Source of the DNA: Elusimicrobiota bacterium | GTDB taxonomy: Bacteria > Elusimicrobiota > Elusimicrobia > Elusimicrobiales > UBA9959 | Reading direction: 5' to 3' | Assembly: GCA_027340875.1 (NCBI GenBank) | Contig: DAIENX010000045.1 | Span: 1-44,270 of the forward strand | Length of the DNA: 44,270 nucleotides | In this document: positions 38,119 to 44,270 of the stretch, piece after piece | Layout of the letters: each line of letters opens with the position of its first letter | How positions within the stretch are numbered: position 1 is the stretch's first letter | Made by a program: the position numbers and the translations under genes | Notes under the pieces: model-generated | What the model was told of the DNA's origin: nothing | The model's database searches: none | What the model saw: only the letters and a program-made list of their open reading frames with translations

Positions 38119-38901
38119 CTATCTGAGCATCGCCAGCAGGCCGAAACGCCCAGTCCTGGCCCCGTCCCGCCTCCAGGAATAGAACTGCTCCTTCTCGGCG
38201 TAGGTGCACAGATGCATGAACTCGTGCCTGGCGACCCCCAGCGCCTCCAGCCGCACCCGCAGGAGTTCCCGCAGGCTGAAAAAGTGCCGTCCTTCTTTGA
38301 GCGTCAGGAAACGCTTCGCGGCTCCGTCGGGGTAAAAAAGGTTCAGCTTCTCGAGAAAGTCCTCTTTTACCGGATAGTTCGCGGCGGAGATCATCGGGGA
38401 AACGCCGGCGATGACGTCGGCTGGGTCGGTGCCGTAGCGGAGCTTCATGGCGGCCAGCACCGTTCCGTAAATATCAAGCAGCGCGCCGCGCCAGCCGCTG
38501 TGCGCCACCGCCACGGCCTTGTGCGCCCTGTCGTAAAGCGCGGTCAGAGCGCAGTCAGCGGAGACCGCCAGCAGCGGCACTCCGGGGGCCGCAGTGATGA
38601 CAGCGTCCGTATTCTCCGGGGGCGTCACCCCGCCCCCCTCCACGAAAGCCACGTTGGCCGTATGGTTCTGGCGCATGCGCTCCAGGCGTGCCGGCTCCGC
38701 CCCCAGAGCCTCGCAGAACAGCGCCAGGTTCTGCTCCACGTCCTCCAGCCTGTCTCCGGAACCCGCCCCTAGGTTCAGCCCGGAATAATGCCCGGAGCTC
38801 ACGCCGCCCTGGCGTGTGGAGACGGCGCACTCCAGGCCCGGCTCGCCTTTGAATACGTCGAAGCGCAGCAGCTTGAGACCTTTCCGTTCTTCTGCGTGCA
38901 T
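38119..38901 (-). CDS. pgeF: PgeF/YfiH family protein (peptidoglycan editing factor/purine nucleoside enzyme)
   Basis: STRQGGVS...LNLG, QNH, DAVIT, ADC, HSGWRG, CT...FYSWRRD...GR. Confidence 0.85.
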   Translation of the reverse strand: MHAEERKGLKLLRFDVFKGEPGLECAVSTRQGGVSSGHYSGLNLGAGSGDRLEDVEQNLALFCEALGAEPARLERMRQNHTANVAFVEGGGVTPPENTDAVITAAPGVPLLAVSADCALTALYDRAHKAVAVAHSGWRGALLDIYGTVLAAMKLRYGTDPADVIAGVSPMISAANYPVKEDFLEKLNLFYPDGAAKRFLTLKEGRHFFSLRELLRVRLEALGVARHEFMHLCTYAEKEQFYSWRRDGARTGRFGLLAMLR

Positions 38902-38928
38902 GTTCCCCCCTTCCCGCCCCGTACGGGG

Positions 38929-39834
38929 TCAGGACTTCAGACTCAGACTGTAGGACCTCACGAACCTGGCCGGGAAATACGATTCCTTGGCCTTCCTGAT
39001 ACCAGGGATACCGAGGTCGTTCTCCTTATTGATGAACTTATACCCGGGCGAAGCCGTCCGGGCGGCCTCCCTGTCGAGGAACTGGTAGAGGCCTTTGACC
39101 GAAGCGTCGGCCTTCTCGAAGTTGAGCGTATAAGTATCGGCGCTGAGCCGCGAGCCGAAAGCGAAGCCGGCCAGCTGGCCGCCTATCTCGACGGCCACTC
39201 CGGTCATCTCCAGCCCGCTGAAATTATCGAGTCCGTTTATTATGGCCCGGCGCTCGCAGTCGGGGATATCGTCCAGCACCGCCGCGCCCTTGCTGGCCTG
39301 CCAGGTATCGAAGACCTCCAGGCACTTCGCCAGGCAGGCCCCGGCCAGCCTGGAGACCCTCACCTCCGCCCCGGCGGCCTTCGTGAACTGCGCTATCAGG
39401 TTGCGCTTGCGCGAGTACTTGTGGCCCCTGAGCTCGGCCAGGTCGGAGGCGTTGTATATATAGTCGCCGTAGCCGGCTTCCTCTGTCACCGTGAAAAATC
39501 CGGAGACGTTCTCCAGCCCTATCATGTCCAGGTAGTCCTGCGGCACGTAATGGTATTCCGCGCAACCGAGGTCCTTCGCCCAGCAGGCGAGCTCCCGCGG
39601 CGTGGGATACCGGAACGGCAGAAGCAGCGGCAGCAGTAGCCTGGCCCGGCGCGGCGGGTCCATATCCACCTCGGAGAGGTGCAGCACGCCGTCCTTTTCC
39701 AGGTAGAAAGCCTCGTGCACGCACCCGCTCCAGATCATCATCGAGGCGAGGGAATACGGGCAGAGGGGGTAGAGCTGCCCGTCGAAATAGCATTTAAGAC
39801 GCTGGTAATCGCCTGGATGGAACTTTTTAAACAT
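38929..39834 (-). CDS. Stand-alone DUF2156 / aminoacyl-phosphatidylglycerol-synthase C-terminal-like protein
   Basis: DYIY...LAELRGHKYSRKRNLI, FEKAD...GLYQ, INKENDLGIPGIRKAKESYFP; no TM flippase domain. Confidence 0.85.
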   Translation of the reverse strand: MFKKFHPGDYQRLKCYFDGQLYPLCPYSLASMMIWSGCVHEAFYLEKDGVLHLSEVDMDPPRRARLLLPLLLPFRYPTPRELACWAKDLGCAEYHYVPQDYLDMIGLENVSGFFTVTEEAGYGDYIYNASDLAELRGHKYSRKRNLIAQFTKAAGAEVRVSRLAGACLAKCLEVFDTWQASKGAAVLDDIPDCERRAIINGLDNFSGLEMTGVAVEIGGQLAGFAFGSRLSADTYTLNFEKADASVKGLYQFLDREAARTASPGYKFINKENDLGIPGIRKAKESYFPARFVRSYSLSLKS

Positions 39835-40246
39835 TCCTGGTGCCCCGCATCATCGCAGTGGCCTTCGGCGGGGAGCTGAAGCCGAGCGAACGGTAAAAAG
39901 GCGCCGCTCCATTGCTGGCGATAAGCCCGACCCAGCGCATGCCGTCGGCGCGCAGCCTGGCGCCGAGCCTTCGGATAAGACCGGACCCTATCTTCCTGCC
40001 CCTGCAGGACCTAAGCACGGCCACGTCGTGTATATAGGCCTCGCGGGACCACGCGTCTATGGCGCGGGCCATGCCCACGGCGCGGCCCTCCTCCTCGGCT
40101 ATAATGAACCGGCAGCTTCTGGATATGATCCTGCCCAGCAGGGCCGGAGTATCGCCCCTCCCCCACCAGCCCTGCTCCTTATATATATCCGTGATCTGGC
40201 GCAGCAGTGCCGGAGATGCCTGCCTGATAAAGCGGTACTTTATCAT
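39827..40246 (-). CDS. GNAT family N-acetyltransferase
   Basis: AYIHDVAV...RGRKIGS (motif A), FYRSLGF. Confidence 0.85.
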   Translation of the reverse strand: MIKYRFIRQASPALLRQITDIYKEQGWWGRGDTPALLGRIISRSCRFIIAEEEGRAVGMARAIDAWSREAYIHDVAVLRSCRGRKIGSGLIRRLGARLRADGMRWVGLIASNGAAPFYRSLGFSSPPKATAMMRGTRNV

Positions 40247-40290
40247 ACCGGAAGAATCCTATCTTTTCTGGAGAACGCGGGTCAAACAAA

Positions 40291-40320
40291 CGAAAAGCCC
40301 GGGTTTTCCCGGGCTTTTCG
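40291..40320 (-). terminator. Terminator after the M14 peptidase gene
   Basis: cgaaaagcccggg/cccgggcttttcg inverted repeat followed by T-rich sequence on the minus strand. Confidence 0.75.
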
Positions 40321-40336
40321 TATTCCGAGTGAAGTA

Positions 40337-41629
40337 TTAGAGGCCCCGGTACGGGTCGTCCGTGACGCTCAGCAGGTAGACGGCGGCCTTGATGTTGCGC
40401 TCCACCGCGCCCTTGACGATGGCGGCGCCGGGGTAGAAGCCGCGGCCCTCGAGTTCGAAGGTGAAGGCCAGCGCGCCGGTGGCGTCGTAGGCCCAGTCGC
40501 AGGAATCCCCGGTGGCGATGTACATGTCGCTGGACTTTATCGGCTCATAGCCGGTAAGCTTGCCCATCTCCCCGGCGTGCTTGATGAAGGCCTGCTTGTC
40601 CTTCGCGTTAGGGACGTCGCTGTCGCTGCCGCCGTAAGGGTAAAGGATCTCGCTGGCGTAGGAGTGGTAGCTGATATGCGTCCTGATGTTCCTGCGGGCC
40701 AGCATGAAATCGCGGATGTGCTGGCTCTCGGGCTCGGAAAAGGCCTTCGGGCCGCAGTAGGTGTCGGAACCGGGATAGTTGGAGGCGCCCGCCTGGCACC
40801 ACCAGGAATCGAAATTGCGGTTCAGATCCACTCCGCGCGAGCCGTTGGAGTTCTTAGCCATGTTCTTGCGGAAGTACTGGTAGCTGCCGGTCTTGATATC
40901 AAACTCCACTCCGTCGGGGTTGCCCATCGGGATTATATAGATATCCAGCGTGGAGATATACTTCTTGATGTCCGCGTCGTTGCGGTGGTCCATCAGCCAG
41001 GCTGCGAAGAGCAGCGGGACCTCGTCGGCCAGGTGCTCGCGGGCGTGGACGTTGCCCAGGAAGAAGGCCCCGGGCTTGGAGCTGGCGGCCTCGCCCTTCG
41101 CGGAGGGATTGATGCGCAGGCACCAAATGTCGCGGCCCTCCACGGTCTTTCCTATGGAGAACAGGGAGGCTATGTCGGAGTTCTTCGAGGCCAGTTCCTT
41201 CAGCAGGTCGGTGGTCTCCTTGTAGTTGTGGTAGATAGCGTCGGCGGCCGGGAAGTCCTTGCTCACCGTGGAGGAATATTCGGCGAGCGGAACGCGCTTG
41301 ATGACGGAGAAGGATTTGGAGGAAAGATGGTCCATCAGCTCCGGGCCGGCTATGCCGGACACGGTGCCGCCCTTCCTGTCCACTTCGATGATGTCGAAGC
41401 CCTGCTCCAGCAGACTGGTGCGCGCGGCCTTGTCGGCGGCCTTGATGGTGACCCAGTAGCGGCCGTCGGCCTGGCGGGCGGAAGCCTGGGCGGCGGGATA
41501 AGCGGCGTCCCCGGCCGGCGGGGTCGTGATATGCTTTAAAAGCTGTTCGTAGGAAGAAGGCGTTTCCGCGGCAAAGGACGGAAGAGCCGAGACGGCGGTG
41601 AAGAGCAGCGGGAGTAAAATCTTTTTCAT
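40337..41629 (-). CDS. Exported M14 zinc carboxypeptidase (carboxypeptidase T-like)
   Basis: Signal peptide and pro-region, HARE, NPDG, RKN, GVDLNRNF, SYHSY, TFEL. Confidence 0.92.
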   Translation of the reverse strand: MKKILLPLLFTAVSALPSFAAETPSSYEQLLKHITTPPAGDAAYPAAQASARQADGRYWVTIKAADKAARTSLLEQGFDIIEVDRKGGTVSGIAGPELMDHLSSKSFSVIKRVPLAEYSSTVSKDFPAADAIYHNYKETTDLLKELASKNSDIASLFSIGKTVEGRDIWCLRINPSAKGEAASSKPGAFFLGNVHAREHLADEVPLLFAAWLMDHRNDADIKKYISTLDIYIIPMGNPDGVEFDIKTGSYQYFRKNMAKNSNGSRGVDLNRNFDSWWCQAGASNYPGSDTYCGPKAFSEPESQHIRDFMLARRNIRTHISYHSYASEILYPYGGSDSDVPNAKDKQAFIKHAGEMGKLTGYEPIKSSDMYIATGDSCDWAYDATGALAFTFELEGRGFYPGAAIVKGAVERNIKAAVYLLSVTDDPYRGL

Positions 41630-41654
41630 GCTGTAAAGCCTCCGCGGACCTTAG

Positions 41655-41706
41655 TTGACTATAGTCAATGTATATTAATTATATGAGCAAAATCAAGTGC
41701 CCACAA
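41655..41706 (-). promoter_or_regulatory. Sigma70-like promoter of the M14 gene with downstream palindromic operator
   Basis: Minus strand TTGTGG(41706-41701)-17 nt-TATAAT(41683-41678); perfect palindrome TTGACTATAGTCAA at 41655-41668. Confidence 0.6.
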
Positions 41707-41802
41707 GGCCAAAGGACCCATACATCCGTAGGACCTAGGGCCCATGATAAATGTCAAACGACATCGCTTATTCCCGACGGGAATACGGCTTTTCCGGAAT
41801 TG

Positions 41803-42414
41803 TCAGATAAGAGCGGATATCCCCAGCGCGGCGTACCATAGCCCGGCGATGAGCATCGTCAACCGGCCGATCTCGTTGGCGCGGCGGCCTATCCAGGGGG
41901 TGCCGAAAAGTACCGGGGAGATGAACAGCGAGGTGGCGGCGAAGAAACCGCAGAAATAAGCGGAGCCCTTGATAACGTCGGCCAGCCCGAGCAGGCGCAC
42001 CAGGCCGGCGGCGAAGGGAGGGCACACGTTTATGCCCGTCACGAACCCGAGGGCGACCGGCAGACGCTTGAAGAAAGGGGCAAGGTCCACGCTGAACAGA
42101 CAGAGGCTCTTTACCCTGACCCTGGCCAGGGCCAGGAAGGCCATCAGCAAGCCGCAAGCGGCCATGCAGGCCGGCAGCACCCAACCGGGCAGGACATAAC
42201 GGCCGGCCTGTCCGGCCAGGGAGGCGAGAACCGCGAACAGCATATAGGCCGCGAAGCGGCCGCCGAGGAACTGCAGGAAGATGTAGAAGTTGAACTTCCA
42301 GGCCTCCTTCCCCTCCGCCAGCATGTAAGGGGCCAGCAGCGGGAGGCAGGACGCCAGGCAGTAGAAGCCGGTGGAAAGGCCCAGCAGGAAACCTTCCGAG
42401 AAAAGGGCCGGCAC
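41803..42414 (-). CDS. DsbD-like/sulfite-exporter-type membrane protein with conserved Cys (start taken as GTG 42414)
   Basis: GFLLGLSTGFYCLASCLP, GRFAAY, GINVCPP; about 6 TM helices. The ORF-track N-terminal extension overlaps the upstream gene. Confidence 0.7.
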   Translation of the reverse strand: MPALFSEGFLLGLSTGFYCLASCLPLLAPYMLAEGKEAWKFNFYIFLQFLGGRFAAYMLFAVLASLAGQAGRYVLPGWVLPACMAACGLLMAFLALARVRVKSLCLFSVDLAPFFKRLPVALGFVTGINVCPPFAAGLVRLLGLADVIKGSAYFCGFFAATSLFISPVLFGTPWIGRRANEIGRLTMLIAGLWYAALGISALI

Positions 42415-42416
42415 GG

Positions 42417-42611
42417 CTAGATGTCGACGCCCCTGTTGCAGCGCTTGCACCAGCCGGCGGCGCGGCCGGCGTTGTTCTTCCGGCTGAGCTGGACGGAGTC
42501 CTTGCAGCCGGGACATTTCACGTCCATGCCTGAAAGGTCGAGCTTAGGGAAATCCTTCTCGAATATCTCCTTGCTGGTATAGCGCGGTTCAAGCCATTTT
42601 CCATCTTTCAT
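42417..42611 (-). CDS. Small zinc-ribbon-like protein (64 aa)
   Basis: CPGC...CKRC; GGAGG RBS at ~42618-42622; fits between neighbours without overlap. Confidence 0.7.
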   Translation of the reverse strand: MKDGKWLEPRYTSKEIFEKDFPKLDLSGMDVKCPGCKDSVQLSRKNNAGRAAGWCKRCNRGVDI

Positions 42612-42632
42612 ATAAACCTCCGGGAACAGCTT

Positions 42633-43769
42633 CTACCTGGCGATGAGCCTGACGACGTCGTACATGGCGGCGGGGACCCAGAACGCGGTGAAGGCCGTTC
42701 CCAGCGTCAGGGCGGAGAAGACATAGAAATATTTCACCGACGCGAGGCGGCCGAACGCCCCGCCCCTGACGGGCAGCTCCAGACCAAAAACCGTATAGCG
42801 CAGCGCGGAGGTCGGACAGGCCTCCAGGCACTGGCCGCAGAGGTTGCAGTAGGCCAGTATCTCCGCTTTATCTCCCCCCGCGCACTTTATGGCAGTCACG
42901 GGGCAGGAACCGGCGCAGCGGGCGCAGCCGTTGCAGGTCCCGGCGTCCACCGAAAGCCGGAAGGGGTTCAGCCGCCCCCAGAAAGCCTGCCAGGCGGCGA
43001 AAGGGCAGAGGAAGGAGCAGAAGAAGCGCCTGCGCGTGAGCACCGGCGCGGCCAGCAGCGCGGCCAGGGCCAGTATCATCAGTCCGTACTGCGCGGCGAG
43101 CAGCCCGCCCTCCTGGTTCAGGAACACGTCCGTCAGCTTGAACGGACAGAGCCAGAGACAGTACTGCGGGAGCATGTAGGCGAGCGACACCAGCATGAAG
43201 AAGATCAGCAGCGCGGCGGGGAAGTCCCTGAACTTAAGCGCCCAGCGGTCTATCTTAAGCGCCGGCTTTCCCGGCAGCGCGCTGAGAGAGTCGTCTATCC
43301 CGCCGTAGAAGCAGGCCCACGAGCACCAGCCGCGCCCTATGGCCAGCGTGACGAACAGCCAGGCCGCGCCCAGCGTCAGAGGGCCCCAGAGGCGCCAGTC
43401 CCCGCTCATCAGGGCCAGGTACTGCTGGTACAGGTAGTTCAGGAAATACGGAGCCATCGCGATATGGCAGAACGGCGTTTCCGCGAAGCAGGAAGGAGCC
43501 AGCGCCTTGCTGAGCAGCCCCAGTTTGAAATGGACGAGGAACGCGGCGGCCGACACGCCGAAGAATATCCTGCGGTAATAAGAGACGCGCCCCGTGTAAG
43601 CTATGGCGAAAGCCGCGGCCCCCGCCAGCAGCGACCACGCCAGCGCGTAGAAGCGGCTGATCTCCCGTCCCGCGATAACGGCGGTGAAGATCAGCGCCGG
43701 CACGAAGACCAGCGCCGCGAACGCGGCGGCCGCCGCGGCCCGCTCCCTGGACGGAATTCCGGCTTCCAT
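42633..43769 (-). CDS. Membrane 4Fe-4S protein (NapH/MauN/CcoG-like polyferredoxin)
   Basis: TM helices, GRGWCSWAC, YCLWLCP, RFFCSFLCP, CNGCARCAGSCP, CNLCGQCLEACP. Start taken as ATG 43769 because the longer ORF overlaps the divergent gene. Confidence 0.8.
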   Translation of the reverse strand: MEAGIPSRERAAAAAAFAALVFVPALIFTAVIAGREISRFYALAWSLLAGAAAFAIAYTGRVSYYRRIFFGVSAAAFLVHFKLGLLSKALAPSCFAETPFCHIAMAPYFLNYLYQQYLALMSGDWRLWGPLTLGAAWLFVTLAIGRGWCSWACFYGGIDDSLSALPGKPALKIDRWALKFRDFPAALLIFFMLVSLAYMLPQYCLWLCPFKLTDVFLNQEGGLLAAQYGLMILALAALLAAPVLTRRRFFCSFLCPFAAWQAFWGRLNPFRLSVDAGTCNGCARCAGSCPVTAIKCAGGDKAEILAYCNLCGQCLEACPTSALRYTVFGLELPVRGGAFGRLASVKYFYVFSALTLGTAFTAFWVPAAMYDVVRLIAR

Positions 43770-43794
43770 AAGTATTGTTATAATATCAAAAATC
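43770..43794. promoter_or_regulatory. 25-bp AT-rich bidirectional promoter between divergent ATGs
   Basis: aagtattgttataatatcaaaaatc: TGTTATAAT on + and TATAAC on -, no SD on either side. Confidence 0.55.
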
Positions 43795-44270
43795 ATGGGG
43801 CTCTTCTTCCTGTTCGGGTTCTTCTCGCTGCTGGCGCAGACCGTGCTGCTGCGCGGAGCGGCGCAGGTATTCGGGGCGCACGAGCTGTCCCTCTCCGCGG
43901 CCCTCGGTTTCTGGCTTCTCTGGACGGCGGCCGGCGCAACGCGCGGCGCCAGGCTCTCCGGAGAAGGGGCCTTCCGGCTTCTGGCCGCCGTTCTCCCGGC
44001 GGCCGCCGCGCTGAACCTGCTGGCCGCAAGGCTTGCCCCGGCCCTCCTCTCCCCGCTATCGCAGCCCGGCCTTTTCACCATCCTGGCCGGCTCCGCGCTG
44101 CTGATATTGCCGGCGGCCTTGGCCAACGGCCTTGCCGCCGGCGCGGCGCTCCGCGGCGTGCCATCCCGTTTTTACGCGGCGGAAGCCGCCGGCGCCGCGG
44201 GAGCCGGGGCCTTCTCGATACTCTATTACCGGCATTTCCCCGGAGTAGACCCGCTGCTGGTCCTGCTGCC
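43795..44270 (+). CDS. Membrane protein, 5' part only; resembles the membrane domain of fused MFS/spermidine-synthase proteins
   Basis: Own translation MGLFFLFGFFSLLAQTVLLRGAAQVFGAHELSLSAALGFWLLWTAAG...FYAAEAAGAAGAG, open to the window end; not in the ORF track. Confidence 0.65.
   Translation, partial: MGLFFLFGFFSLLAQTVLLRGAAQVFGAHELSLSAALGFWLLWTAAGATRGARLSGEGAFRLLAAVLPAAAALNLLAARLAPALLSPLSQPGLFTILAGSALLILPAALANGLAAGAALRGVPSRFYAAEAAGAAGAGAFSILYYRHFPGVDPLLVLL

Noticed and set aside
43770..44126. ORF-track N-terminal extension of the 4Fe-4S protein
   Set aside because: Overlaps a convincing plus-strand membrane-protein gene starting at 43795; the real start is probably 43769.
1..44270. CRISPR arrays, IS elements, prophage or defence genes
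   Set aside because: No regularly spaced repeat-spacer pattern, transposase, integrase, phage or nuclease motifs were seen.

Overview
GC-rich bacterial chromosomal segment from a diderm (it encodes a secretin and an OmpA-like protein). It is densely coding, with no mobile element, integrase or CRISPR array visible. 1-14.9 kb (minus strand): a compact type IV filament (T4P/T2SS-like) gene cluster (PilM-PilN fusion, PilO, a GspC/PilP-position protein, secretin, PilB/GspE, PilC/GspF, start of a prepilin), preceded by an OmpA-like protein, two tandem O-antigen-ligase/O-OTase-TPR genes and tRNA-Thr(CGT). The middle holds an uncharacterised three-gene redox operon (VAO/cytokinin-dehydrogenase-like flavoprotein, GlcF-like Fe-S protein, geranylgeranyl-reductase-family enzyme). 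It is followed by a LeuT-like transporter with an unannotated MetS-like small subunit, a P-loop kinase-fold protein, TerC, a P2A ATPase and an FKBP. Next come a second GspE/PilB ATPase fused to an intact receiver domain, treZ, an atypical initiator-type tRNA-Met, a phosphatase, adenine deaminase, an orphan hybrid histidine kinase with Hpt, and a TSUP transporter. The end carries a GNAT-DUF2156-PgeF operon, an M14 carboxypeptidase, a polyferredoxin/Zn-ribbon/DsbD-like operon and a partial membrane protein. The best candidates for undescribed biology are the receiver-fused pilus/secretion ATPase (possibly fed by the orphan kinase), the flavoprotein-FeS-GGR operon, the paired divergent OTases next to the pilus locus, and the odd initiator tRNA together with several apparently leaderless genes. 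All family calls come from motif recognition by eye; no database searches were run.
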